Assembly: GCA_964538855.1 (NCBI GenBank)
Contig: CAZIEY010000001.1
Span: 82,811-146,810, forward strand
Reading direction: 5' to 3'
Length of the DNA: 64,000 nucleotides
Source: an uncultured Candidatus Saccharibacteria bacterium
GTDB lineage: Bacteria > Patescibacteriota > Minisyncoccia > Phycocordibacterales > JAACPR01
In this document: one piece after another, positions 10,394 through 20,091 of the stretch
Layout of the letters: each line of letters begins with the position of its first letter
Position numbering within the stretch: the first letter of the stretch is position 1
The notes under the pieces: generated by a model
The model's input: only the letters and a program-made list of their open reading frames with translations
Told to the model about the DNA's origin: nothing
The model's database searches: none
Made by a program: the position numbers and the translations under genes

Positions 10394-10696
10394 CTATTTC
10401 TCCCCTTTGACAATAATTCGATTATCGAAAGCGCCTTTTTCGTCGCGCTTGTGCAGACGAACATGTTCGAGGTCTTTGTATTCCGGCAATCGCATAAGCG
10501 CCATCACCACCTCCATCACATCAGCGAGCTCTTCTGTGACTGGTGTTGCCTGAAATTCGTGTGCTTCTTCAACTAATTTTTTAATTAACTCGGTCCTGTA
10601 TTCCGTGTCATCGGCGATGCGTTGTTGATATGGAACACCTTTGCAATCCAAAATGCGCGGGATGTTGTCGCGGACGAGTTTTTCGTAGGGGGTCAT
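10394..10696 (-). CDS. MazG/HisE-like all-alpha NTP pyrophosphohydrolase
   Basis: KLVRDNIP..KLVEEAHE..EELADV..KRDEKGAF. Confidence 0.88.
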   Translation of the reverse strand: MTPYEKLVRDNIPRILDCKGVPYQQRIADDTEYRTELIKKLVEEAHEFQATPVTEELADVMEVVMALMRLPEYKDLEHVRLHKRDEKGAFDNRIIVKGEK

Positions 10697-10744
10697 GGGG
10701 TTATTTTTATACTACCAATATTATAGCAGACTTTATATATGATA

Positions 10745-11314
10745 CTATTTTAATTTTTGAGTAATAGCCCTAAACAATTTTTCATATCCGCTTGCATTTG
10801 GATGCACACCATCAAACAAATCTGATTCGGGCTGTAATACATTAAACACATCAATAAATTGCAAGTTTTTTTCTTCAGCAATGTGTTTTAAATTATCGCA
10901 GTAAATTTGAATGTCTCGATTAACAAATCGCGTCCCCCCATATCTTGGCACAGACTCGTCTACAGCAGTAAGTCCCACGATAACAACATTGTTCGTATAC
11001 ACCTGTGCTTGTTGTATAAGCAGCCGCATATTTGCTTGAAACTTTTCTAATGGAACTTTATTTTTTGTCTCCCCATCTAAATATTTAGTATCATTAATAC
11101 CTATAGCAAAAATAATCTGAGTCGGCTCCAGAGAATCTGCTTCAGTTAAAAATCTTTTAAGTACATCCTCAGTGGTATCTCCATTCACCCCTCTGTTATA
11201 TACTGCGACGTAATCTCCTGTTGAGAATGTGTTTCTAAATCTACCAACCCAACCAAGCCCAGCCTCATCGCATGATCCGTATGTAATACTGTCTCCCCAA
11301 ATAGCTATTTGCAT
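10745..11314 (-). CDS. SGNH/GDSL hydrolase
   Basis: GDSIT, G, GIND, DGVHP blocks. Confidence 0.92.
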   Translation of the reverse strand: MQIAIWGDSITYGSCDEAGLGWVGRFRNTFSTGDYVAVYNRGVNGDTTEDVLKRFLTEADSLEPTQIIFAIGINDTKYLDGETKNKVPLEKFQANMRLLIQQAQVYTNNVVIVGLTAVDESVPRYGGTRFVNRDIQIYCDNLKHIAEEKNLQFIDVFNVLQPESDLFDGVHPNASGYEKLFRAITQKLK

Positions 11315-11324
11315 AAGTTATATA

Positions 11325-11750
11325 TTAACATTTTTGTGGAGCTTTGAAATAAACCGTGAGTATCTCAACAACCTCCTCAAGCGACCTCTCGGTACTTACA
11401 GGTATCGCTCCTTTCTCAAGCATACTCTCCTCAAAATTCTTGTAAGTATCCAGCAGATACTTCTGAGCAGTTTCGTCCTTGCCGAAGTCGTTGTCTTTTC
11501 TTTCCATAATTCTTTTGAGAAAAGTTTCTGGAGCACACTGGAGCAATATAATTTTATCGAATAGGTGCAAAAAATCAGCCTGATTCTCTGCATGACCAAA
11601 GATGATAGTACCTTTGCCTTCATCAAGCATTTTTGCCAATCGCTCTTTATCACATACCCACATATGAGAATTAATAAATTCCTGATTGAGCACAGCTTCG
11701 TAATCTATTTTCTGACCATCTAATCTATTTATCCAACTACATTCTAAAGC
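11325..11750 (-). pseudogene. N-terminally truncated nucleoside/shikimate-kinase-like P-loop protein
   Basis: C-terminal kinase-like part (FDKIILL..LKRIMERKDNDFGK) present; no intact Walker A, and the only upstream ATG lies inside the neighbouring NUDIX gene. Confidence 0.5.
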
Positions 11751-11778
11751 TTCGAGGATTTTCTCGGAATTAGATAAG

Positions 11779-12222
11779 TTACATTCCAACAAAAAACTCT
11801 TGCCTATCTTCAAACCATTTCGCTAGTACCAGCTTCAACTGTACAGGCAAAAGTTCAACAGTTGATAGATCGGATATTTTAATCTTTTCAAAACTCAGAA
11901 AAGATTCTCGGCTCTTGAATACGACATCAGCAGCGACTTCGGTTACAAATATGTGATTGATTTCGTGTTGAATAGCACCATCTTTGAAATCAAATTGATG
12001 TTCACACACACCGATGTGAACCGGTGTTGAATGTGGAAATCCACCCAGTTCTTCGATAAATTCCCTCTCGAGCGTTTGCGTCAAAGATTCTCCGCTCTCG
12101 ACATGTCCACCAGGCAGAAAGTAGAGATTATTACGCTTACAAATCAACACTGCATCACCTTGAATAATCAAGGCTCGGGCCAAGACGTGAATTGAAGAGT
12201 TTGAGGGGTGGTATAATTTCAT
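11779..12222 (-). CDS. NUDIX hydrolase
   Basis: LPGGHVESGE....LEREFIEELG. Confidence 0.9.
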   Translation of the reverse strand: MKLYHPSNSSIHVLARALIIQGDAVLICKRNNLYFLPGGHVESGESLTQTLEREFIEELGGFPHSTPVHIGVCEHQFDFKDGAIQHEINHIFVTEVAADVVFKSRESFLSFEKIKISDLSTVELLPVQLKLVLAKWFEDRQEFFVGM

Positions 12223-12798
12223 TTAATCAGTATAACATTTCAATATCAAATCACTCATAACTAACTTATTCGCAAACCGATGTATATGCGGATCAAGATT
12301 TATAATATCAGTTTTCAGTATCTCCTCGTAATCAAACCACCGACATCCATTAAATTCCCCTGGATCATAGGTAACTTTTTTGGTCGAATCTGCCTTGAGC
12401 ACATACCAAAGACTTACATCTGTGTGCCCCGCCGTCTTTCCGACAGTTACCGTTTGTGTAATGAAAAATGGATTCACGCTCAGAAATTCCGCTGGCATAT
12501 GTAACTCCTCTTGAATTTCGCGCTCGACAGTTGCACGCGGGTCCTCGTCTTTTTCGACATGACCCCCAGTAGGAAGCCATCTCTCTGCTTTGATATGATC
12601 GACGAGCAATATCTTACGTCTCGCGACATCAACAAGTACAAAATACGAAACGAGATGTTTTGGTGGCGTCGCTGGTTTCTCGATTCGAAATATTTCTACT
12701 CCACTATCTATCCAAGCAAGCGCATCGAAAATATGCTCAGCCTCGATATTATCGAATGGTCGTATCGATTGAATAAGTTGTTTAATGTGATTTCTCAT
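12223..12798 (-). CDS. NUDIX hydrolase
   Basis: WLPTGGHVEKDEDP..TVEREIQEEL. Confidence 0.9.
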   Translation of the reverse strand: MRNHIKQLIQSIRPFDNIEAEHIFDALAWIDSGVEIFRIEKPATPPKHLVSYFVLVDVARRKILLVDHIKAERWLPTGGHVEKDEDPRATVEREIQEELHMPAEFLSVNPFFITQTVTVGKTAGHTDVSLWYVLKADSTKKVTYDPGEFNGCRWFDYEEILKTDIINLDPHIHRFANKLVMSDLILKCYTD

Positions 12799-12799
12799 T

Positions 12800-13222
12800 T
12801 TATATTACCCGGAATAAATCTTTATTCTTATGCGATTCAAGAAACCACTCTTTTATCGTATGCGGAACGAGGTTCAAATCCGCCACCTCTGATATATCTT
12901 TCCACATCGGCTCGTATTGATTCGATTCGTTTCTTTTTTGTATTTCATTCCCATTTCCCAATTGTGGCTCGCCAGATATATATGAGCAAAGATAAAAGTA
13001 GCTCTCTGAAGTCTCGTCAGTAATTTTATACAGATATTTTTCAACTTTCACTTTGATAGAAGTTTCTTCCATCGCTTCTCTAGCGACAGCTTCTTCGATA
13101 GTTTCACCTTCCTCTTTTCCTCCACCAGGAAATACGAAATACGTGTTGCCGTTCTTTTTTCTCCACAAGAGTAGGACTCTTTCTTTGTCGACGACTATGG
13201 CGACTGCGCGGGTGCGTTTCAT
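12800..13222 (-). CDS. NUDIX hydrolase (MutT-like)
   Basis: FPGGGKEEGETIEEAVAREAMEET. Confidence 0.92.
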   Translation of the reverse strand: MKRTRAVAIVVDKERVLLLWRKKNGNTYFVFPGGGKEEGETIEEAVAREAMEETSIKVKVEKYLYKITDETSESYFYLCSYISGEPQLGNGNEIQKRNESNQYEPMWKDISEVADLNLVPHTIKEWFLESHKNKDLFRVI

Positions 13223-13258
13223 AGTGTGATTATAACTCAGAAAACAGTTTCATCGAAA

Positions 13259-13903
13259 CTACTTCACAATCGACTGTATACGTTTAATCGCCTTCGGTTG
13301 ATTCATTCGTCCATGACCAACTGGATAGTAGGTTGGATAAATATGATACGTGTGACCATCAATTACCATATCTTCTTTCTGACTGCCACTATATTTACTG
13401 ACTGAAACTTGTTGACCAAGTAAAATAGAGCTGACTTGATTGCCAAACGTAATAATGTGTTGAGGCTTGATCAATGCAATTTCCCTTTTCATTAACTCGA
13501 CATATTTTCGAAAGACATCATCTTTCAAAGGACGAGCGTCGAGCTGAGTACATTTTGCTAAATTTGTTACGTAAACTCCTTTCTTTTGTAACTCAGTATA
13601 TATGTCTTCGCACACATTCAATGACCATTCGTGTGGTTGAAGCGTTTGCGTAATTTTAAAATATTTTTCAGGAAGAAAACGTAAATCTCTCAAAAGGCTC
13701 CAAATGTTTTTGGTGCCGAGCCAAGGAGCTCGCATTCCTTTCCACGATTTCTGTGCAGATACATTTTTTGCAGTCGGATTCATAAAAATAAGCATTACTT
13801 TAGGCTTATCTATACAACCAGCTCCATACACAGAACAAAGAGAGCTGTCTCCATACAGATTATGTAGCACGTCTATTTCATGGTGTATTTCTTTTACTTG
13901 CAT
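13259..13903 (-). CDS. Uracil-DNA glycosylase superfamily protein (divergent)
   Basis: VYVTNLAKC, REIALIKPQHIITFG, PTYYP. Confidence 0.8.
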   Translation of the reverse strand: MQVKEIHHEIDVLHNLYGDSSLCSVYGAGCIDKPKVMLIFMNPTAKNVSAQKSWKGMRAPWLGTKNIWSLLRDLRFLPEKYFKITQTLQPHEWSLNVCEDIYTELQKKGVYVTNLAKCTQLDARPLKDDVFRKYVELMKREIALIKPQHIITFGNQVSSILLGQQVSVSKYSGSQKEDMVIDGHTYHIYPTYYPVGHGRMNQPKAIKRIQSIVK

Positions 13904-13962
13904 AGTGAATTAATTGAAGCTGATAATTAGAACGTCCTATTTTCTGCACGACTGATTTTTTA

Positions 13963-14424
13963 TTAATAACCTTCAGGTGGTCGAATCTTTGGGCCTAACA
14001 AGCTATAGCTCTTCGCTTTCAGTTGCATATCTATATTATGAACTTCAGTCTCTAACATAGATTTTTCTTCTGGTGTTTTCGACTCAAGAATATAAGCCAA
14101 TGTTTTATCAAAATCATTTTTAAACTTTTGATTTATATCTTTCCACGCAATACCTTTAAGTATTTGTGCGATCTTTGGAGAATATTGTAATTCACCAATC
14201 ATCATCAAAAACGCAATCGCGGGATATCCTAAATAACCTTTGTAAAAAGAAGCATTATCATTAACCATAATCGAATCCGAATCTGAGTCAAAATTAACTG
14301 TATAAAATTTATTCCCGCTTGAAGAATACACTTTTGCAGAATTTCCTTCTATTGTTAATCTATTATCTGCGACAGAACCAAGAGCTTCGTAAATCTTTAT
14401 TATCGGTGGATGTTGCCATTTCAT
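13963..14424 (-). CDS. Conserved hypothetical protein
   Basis: KIYEALG..VYSSSGNKFYTV..NDNAS..GYLGYP; ATG 7 nt after a -10 box. Confidence 0.7.
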   Translation of the reverse strand: MKWQHPPIIKIYEALGSVADNRLTIEGNSAKVYSSSGNKFYTVNFDSDSDSIMVNDNASFYKGYLGYPAIAFLMMIGELQYSPKIAQILKGIAWKDINQKFKNDFDKTLAYILESKTPEEKSMLETEVHNIDMQLKAKSYSLLGPKIRPPEGY

Positions 14425-14504
14425 ATTACATATCATATCACTCGTTCAAATTTTTCTAAATAGAGGGGGCGCCCTTTCGTTATGAAAATTTACACCAAAT
14501 CTAA

Positions 14505-15227
14505 TTATCGTTTTACCAATTCCCAAACTTCGACAAATGCTCCAACGTCTTCAGAAAATGTTGTATCTGTTGCCAAAGGCCAAACTTTAATTCCATCTCG
14601 AAGGACAAAACCAGCGTTGATTAATTGGCGATGGGCAAACTCTCTAGATACTTTATATTCGAATCGATCACTGTGTGCAGTCTGCATAATGAAATTTTCC
14701 AACTCAGAGCTTCTACTATTTTGAGGTATATTCTTCAGTAAATAATCATAATATGCCAAAGTCGTTGCTTTATCTGGACTATATATTTCTCCTAAAAGTA
14801 ACACGCCTCCAATTTTAAGTGCGTCTTTAGATACTTCAACGTATTTTTCTTTATCTTCATCTGCTACATGATGATAGGCAAACATCGATATTATTGCGTC
14901 ATGCTCTGACTTCAATGAAACTTTTAAAATATCCGACTGTATTGGAACTACATTTTCGGCTCTTATATTAGATTTGGCTGCGATTGCGAGAAATTCTTTA
15001 TTGATATCAATTAAAGTTGCCTGGTGTAATGCGATGCGATCTGCAATAAGATGAGTATTGTTACCTGTGCCGCAACAAAAGTCTGCAATTGTTAGCGGGG
15101 CTTTATCTTTGAGAAATTTTAAAGTTAATTCCAACAACACTTTTCGAGCGCCGACATAATCTGGTCTCTTTTCCTGAAGAGTTTCATATAAAGCCGTTGT
15201 CTTTGTATATAAATCTATGTCTGTCAT
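14505..15227 (-). CDS. Class I SAM-dependent methyltransferase
   Basis: IADFCCGTG, LIDIN, FAYHH, LKIGG. Confidence 0.88.
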   Translation of the reverse strand: MTDIDLYTKTTALYETLQEKRPDYVGARKVLLELTLKFLKDKAPLTIADFCCGTGNNTHLIADRIALHQATLIDINKEFLAIAAKSNIRAENVVPIQSDILKVSLKSEHDAIISMFAYHHVADEDKEKYVEVSKDALKIGGVLLLGEIYSPDKATTLAYYDYLLKNIPQNSRSSELENFIMQTAHSDRFEYKVSREFAHRQLINAGFVLRDGIKVWPLATDTTFSEDVGAFVEVWELVKR

Positions 15228-15366
15228 GTTGCGTATAATTGTAGACTTTTATGGAGAATATTCAATTGGTGGGACTTAGGTGTGTTTAATTTGCTTAGAC
15301 CTCTTTGGCGATGTTAGAACCGTTTTATTGCATGAAAAAAGTAAATTTTATTGTTGATGTAAAATT

Positions 15367-17952
15367 CTAATTTACTGATGTGCTTAATGAATATGTATTT
15401 ATAAACGCCTGAGTGTGTGGACCAAGAACTCCTGTCCCTGATGTCAGACCAGCGGGTTCAAGAATACTTTCTTTGTTTGCTTCTTGGAATTTCTTGAGGG
15501 CAATTTGAGTTAGTATACCAAAATACGATGTCTCAGAACCCCTTGAACCCGGGCCTGAAGTATTTATCGTAAATCCGTTTGCGTTAAGGAATTTTTGAAG
15601 CTCTACAACATCTGGATCTGTCACCTGAGGACGAAGGATTTTATTAAAAATAAACTTTGTATTGGTTGTTGATGTAACCTCTATCGGCGCTATGTTATTT
15701 TCTGGTTCAACTTCGCTTTGTACCACAACTGATATTGATTGTTGATCTGTAAATTGATTTGGGTATTGATTTATGAGAACGTTTGCTGCCTCGATATTGC
15801 CCATGTCGGTTAAATTCCTAACCCTTCTTGCAACAGAAGAACCCGGGGATCTTCTTGGTGTATCTTCCTCAACTACAGGTTCACTTTCTGTGGTAAAACT
15901 CCAAGTTGTGGCGTCAGAAATTCCTGCATAACTATTACCACTCGTGTCATCAAATGCCGTCGCATCGATTTGCACATAATACTCTGTTTCATATTCAAAA
16001 TCCGCAGTTGGATTTATTGTAATTATCGTTGTACCTGTTCCTGTTACTAAAAGTCCAGTGACGTCCATCGCCTGTACTAATGAATCATCACTTGATTTAT
16101 AAAGAGAAATATTTCCTGTCTCAACGTCTACTATTTCATCAAAAGTAATAACCAAATTTGCATCAAGGTCAACATCGATCGCTCCATCAAGAGGCGAAAG
16201 ACTAGATACTGCAGGAACACCAGTGTCGGCGGTGGTAAAACTCCACGAAGTCGTATCTGAAATTCCTGCATAACTATTACCACTCGTGTCATCAAATGCG
16301 GTCGCGTCGATTTGGATATAATATTGAGTAAAGCTAGATAATACTGTATTCGGATTTATAGTAATGATTGTTGTTCCGGTACCAGTGACAAGACCACTCG
16401 TCACATCGATGGTTTCAATAGTGGAATCGTCGCTTGATTTTTTAATCGTAATGTTTCCTGTTTCCACATCGACCGCCGTATCGAATGTCAAAATCAAGTT
16501 CGCTGTTGCAGAAACGCCTGTTGCATTATCGGCTGGCGATAATGTCGAAATAATCGGTGCAGTCGTATCAATCACCAACGCCTTGTTTGCGGCGAGGTTT
16601 GTCGTCGGTACAAAATTACTCATTGCATTTGCTGATGCGTCTGCGATCGTTCCAGAAATACTTGAAACAGTCAGGTCAGCCGACGTATCACCTGCTTGAA
16701 CGGTATAGTTACATGTTCCTGTTGTAGTTGCAGTCACTGAAAAAGTACATGTTCGATCAGTATCTCCCGTTTCCAATGTAACAGTCACATCTCCCGTCGA
16801 GGTTACTACTTCGGAAAATGTGACGTCAATATCAATTACTTCACCAACGGTGTAAGAACCATTTGTTTTATCGGATGAAACATTAGTAATTGTCGGCGCA
16901 GTAACATCAGAATAGTCTTGCCATAACAGATATGGGTATCCATCATTATTTACCCCATCAATAGCCCAAATAGTACTAAAATCCCAACCGGAATAGGTTC
17001 CTTGGGTTTTCATTTGTGATGTTGTTTTACCTACGACACCTGCCCCACCACCGGATGTGGCGCGCCCAGATGTTTCGGTATCCCAATACGAACTTGTCGT
17101 GTTGGTATAGCTTGATCCAGCCAGACCTCCGACATTACTCGGAAAACTGCCAGACACCATCGTTATTGACCCTGTGGAGTACAAATTTGTTTTAGTACCA
17201 CTACTATAATCATTTCCATACAATCCTCCAACAGATCCTTGGTTAGCAACACTGTATGTCAATACAATATTACTGCGTGAATAAGAATTGTTAATCGTCC
17301 CACCACTATACGCTTCACCAGCAAGACCTCCAAAACAACAAGTCGCAGCCCCCGTCGGAGTGAAGTAGACTGTGTTATCTGAATATGTTTGCGTCATGGA
17401 TCCATAATTTGAACCAACTAATCCACCGGTGCGTTGGAAACCAGTGATTGAACCATCAACAACACTCACTTTTGATATGGCACCAGTATTTGACCCTACT
17501 AATGCTCCAACACCCACATTTCCCGTGACTACAGCATTGTTTAATAATAAATTTGAAATAGTTGCACCACTGGCTACATATCCAAAAAGTCCAACATTGT
17601 TTGTTCCTGAACTGTTGTAATATAAATTCGAAATGGTTTTGAAATCACCGTCAAACTTTCCGTAAAAATACGAACCACTTGTTCCAATCGGTGTCCATCC
17701 GGTTCCTGTATTATAAGGGGAAACGTTTAAATCAATATCAGCATCCATTTTAAAATACTTCCCTGAATTTCCTGCACCTAGACAATTTGAAATCGCAGCA
17801 AGTTCAGTCGGTGTGCTAATTAAATAGGGTGCTCCTACGGTTCCTGATCCGCCTGTAATACTATCTCCGCATGCAGCAAAAGCCTCTGGTGTCATCACCG
17901 CAAATAACACAATTGCAATAATAAAATAAAGCCATCTCTTCATAGAAAACAT
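15367..17952 (-). CDS. Large secreted surface protein: GLUG-type region, tandem Ig-like domains, C-terminal peptidoglycan-binding domain
   Basis: Signal peptide, GGLVG repeats, LSPADNATGV..WSFTT x2, LQKFLNANGF..YFG..TQIALKKFQ. Confidence 0.85.
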   Translation of the reverse strand: MFSMKRWLYFIIAIVLFAVMTPEAFAACGDSITGGSGTVGAPYLISTPTELAAISNCLGAGNSGKYFKMDADIDLNVSPYNTGTGWTPIGTSGSYFYGKFDGDFKTISNLYYNSSGTNNVGLFGYVASGATISNLLLNNAVVTGNVGVGALVGSNTGAISKVSVVDGSITGFQRTGGLVGSNYGSMTQTYSDNTVYFTPTGAATCCFGGLAGEAYSGGTINNSYSRSNIVLTYSVANQGSVGGLYGNDYSSGTKTNLYSTGSITMVSGSFPSNVGGLAGSSYTNTTSSYWDTETSGRATSGGGAGVVGKTTSQMKTQGTYSGWDFSTIWAIDGVNNDGYPYLLWQDYSDVTAPTITNVSSDKTNGSYTVGEVIDIDVTFSEVVTSTGDVTVTLETGDTDRTCTFSVTATTTGTCNYTVQAGDTSADLTVSSISGTIADASANAMSNFVPTTNLAANKALVIDTTAPIISTLSPADNATGVSATANLILTFDTAVDVETGNITIKKSSDDSTIETIDVTSGLVTGTGTTIITINPNTVLSSFTQYYIQIDATAFDDTSGNSYAGISDTTSWSFTTADTGVPAVSSLSPLDGAIDVDLDANLVITFDEIVDVETGNISLYKSSDDSLVQAMDVTGLLVTGTGTTIITINPTADFEYETEYYVQIDATAFDDTSGNSYAGISDATTWSFTTESEPVVEEDTPRRSPGSSVARRVRNLTDMGNIEAANVLINQYPNQFTDQQSISVVVQSEVEPENNIAPIEVTSTTNTKFIFNKILRPQVTDPDVVELQKFLNANGFTINTSGPGSRGSETSYFGILTQIALKKFQEANKESILEPAGLTSGTGVLGPHTQAFINTYSLSTSVN

Positions 17953-18016
17953 GGACATATTATAACACAATATTTTTTCCAAACTTAAATAAAACCCAAA
18001 TTCTCTGCCTCACGTT

Positions 18017-18193
18017 TGCTGCCCGACAGGGACTCGGTCACAGGTTTTCTTCGCTTCGCTACGAAACCCGCGACCCCGCCTCGCGACCTATTTCTCACTA
18101 CGTTCGAAACAGGTAACCCGCTCCGGCTTTCGAGTCCTGACGTAACGCTCTCGCGTTACTTCGGACATCACTCCGCTCGCTTCGCTTGCTCCG
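18017..18193 (-). mobile_element. tRNA-associated structured element, copy at tRNA-Gln
   Basis: 20-bp direct repeat of tRNA 3' end (18017-18036 = 18194-18213); motifs shared with the Leu and Trp copies. Confidence 0.7.
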
Positions 18194-18195
18194 TG

Positions 18196-18266
18196 CTGCC
18201 CGACAGGGACTCGAACCCCAATACCCGCCTCCAAAGGGCGGTGTCCTACCATTAGACGATCGGGCA
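18196..18266 (-). tRNA. tRNA-Gln(TTG)
   Basis: Acceptor TGCCCGA/TCGGGCA; anticodon arm CCGCC-CTTTGGA-GGCGG; GGTTCGAGTCC. Confidence 0.95.
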
Positions 18267-18324
18267 AAAAGACAATACGACAAGCATACTATTTTTAGGT
18301 TGAAATTTCAACTTATTTTTAATC

Positions 18325-18354
18325 TTGACCTTGGCAAAATATTTTTGATATAAT
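18325..18354 (+). promoter_or_regulatory. Sigma70 promoter facing the 3' end of the NYN gene
   Basis: TTGACC-18 bp-TATAAT with extended -10 TG; no ORF downstream. Confidence 0.7.
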
Positions 18355-18360
18355 CATTGG

Positions 18361-18420
18361 GTAGAATAAACGGTAGAAACAAGGCCTGCAGGTTCCGTCC
18401 TGCAGGACCTGTTTGTTTTT
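18361..18420 (+). ncRNA. Candidate small hairpin RNA convergent with NYN gene 1
   Basis: CCTGCAGG-TTCCGT-CCTGCAGG hairpin plus T-tract after the promoter. Confidence 0.5.
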
Positions 18421-18910
18421 ATCTCATAGATAATTTGTGTTGCAAATGATTTAAATACTCTATTAAACCACCGGCTTCGAATTTCAAAAGTTTTGCGCAT
18501 TTGTGCACGTTGGGACTCAAGACACACCCTAACTTATGACCATGTCGCAAAAAGCGCACTGTCGAATAGAAATCTCCATCACTAGTCACCACAATCGCTT
18601 TATCGTAATTACGTAATCTAGACATAATGTATACAATCATATCTCCGTCACAATTTCCTTTTATATTTCTATGTATATCAATCACGACGGGTTTGAAAAC
18701 AAGAATATAGCCACATCGCCGTAACAAATTATAAAACTCTGTATTCGTTTCAATAAAACCAATAAAGACAAATACTTTATCGATTTTGTACTTATCCTTG
18801 AGATAAACAAAGAACTTTTTCCAGTCTAATTTCCAACCCATAGCGACAATCCCCATCGTCAAATTCTGCGCGTCTATAAAAGCAAAATTGCGTCGCTGAT
18901 TTTTCATCAT
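18419..18910 (-). CDS. NYN (LabA/DUF88) domain ribonuclease
   Basis: AFIDAQNL, KGNCDGD, VTSDGDF. Confidence 0.92.
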   Translation of the reverse strand: MMKNQRRNFAFIDAQNLTMGIVAMGWKLDWKKFFVYLKDKYKIDKVFVFIGFIETNTEFYNLLRRCGYILVFKPVVIDIHRNIKGNCDGDMIVYIMSRLRNYDKAIVVTSDGDFYSTVRFLRHGHKLGCVLSPNVHKCAKLLKFEAGGLIEYLNHLQHKLSMR

Positions 18911-18966
18911 GCCACGCATTATACTCAGCAGGTCTAAAATAATTATAAAGAAAGTCTAAAGTTTTT

Positions 18967-20031
18967 TTATTTCTTCCCCATCATTTCCACGACAGCCATC
19001 TCGATCGGCAAGTACGGCAAATATGATCGTCCGATTTCGTTCATGGCGTCAATGAGACGTGACAATTTCGCAGAGTCCACCGCCGCCGCGTTTTTCCCGA
19101 GCAATTCGGCGAGCCATTTCGCATCATCTTCGGACACAGAATTTTCATACAAATTTTTCTTGCCGGGCGCAACGCGCATGAGCAAAAGGCAGCGGAATTT
19201 TTCGAGTAACAATTTCATGAAAACTTTGGCGTCGAGGTTCGCATCATTCGCGGTTTGAATCGCAGAAAGTCCACGCGAAACATCGCCATCAACAATCGCT
19301 TCCACACATTCGTTAATGAGTGCATTTTTAGGAGCGCCAGTCACACGTTCGACTTCGGCAAGCGTGATTTTTGCATCGCCAGAAATCCGGGACAATTTCT
19401 GTAAAATCGTATGTGTATCGCGGAACGATCCATCACCAAGCACCGCCACAAGTTCAATCGCCGCAGGTTCCAAATCATACCCCTCTTTTTTCGCAGTCGT
19501 CGCAATCATCTTCTTCAAGATCTCGCGATTCGGCGTCTTGAAATTGTATTGCTCGCAACGAGAAATGACAGTCTCGGGAATTTTGTGAGGCTCGGTGGTC
19601 GCCAAAATGAACACGACATAGTGTGGCGGCTCCTCGAGCGTTTTCAAAAGCGCGTTAAATGCCGACTTCGACAGCATGTGCACTTCATCCAAAATGTAGA
19701 CTTTGTATTTCGAATCAAACGGCAAAAGATTTACTGACTCGTTAAGTTCGCGAATGTTCTCAACACTTGTGTTTGAAGCGGCGTCAATTTCAAAAATATC
19801 ACGAGGTGTGGTGCCAATTTCCCGCGCAAAAATTCTCGCGATCGAAGTCTTGCCAGTCCCGCGTGAACCTGTAAATAAATACGCATGCGCAATGTTCCCA
19901 TTTTTCACCGAGTCAGACAAAACGCTCGTGATGTGTTCTTGGCCCAACACCTGCGCAAAAGTCTGCGGGCGATATTTTGTGTACAGCGCAACGTTGTGCT
20001 CACCCCCTTTGGTTTCTGCGGATTTTTTCAT
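18967..20031 (-). CDS. dnaX: DNA polymerase III subunit gamma/tau
   Basis: LYTKYRPQTF, GSRGTGKT, EIDAAS, DEVHMLS..FNALLKTLEEPP. Confidence 0.97.
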   Translation of the reverse strand: MKKSAETKGGEHNVALYTKYRPQTFAQVLGQEHITSVLSDSVKNGNIAHAYLFTGSRGTGKTSIARIFAREIGTTPRDIFEIDAASNTSVENIRELNESVNLLPFDSKYKVYILDEVHMLSKSAFNALLKTLEEPPHYVVFILATTEPHKIPETVISRCEQYNFKTPNREILKKMIATTAKKEGYDLEPAAIELVAVLGDGSFRDTHTILQKLSRISGDAKITLAEVERVTGAPKNALINECVEAIVDGDVSRGLSAIQTANDANLDAKVFMKLLLEKFRCLLLMRVAPGKKNLYENSVSEDDAKWLAELLGKNAAAVDSAKLSRLIDAMNEIGRSYLPYLPIEMAVVEMMGKK

Positions 20032-20091
20032 AGGGATATTATATCAGGTGCGGGTGTGGAGTTGAAGGAGATAAACTCAATACTACTATAA

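Noticed and set aside
6759-15227. Integron cassette array
   Set aside because: Genes are short and co-oriented, but spacers are tiny, with no repeated attC-like palindromes or intI.
18016-18283. Short ORFs overlapping tRNA-Gln and its element (similar ones at 31569-32010 and 37144-37427)
   Set aside because: Shadow frames over GC-rich structured non-coding sequence.
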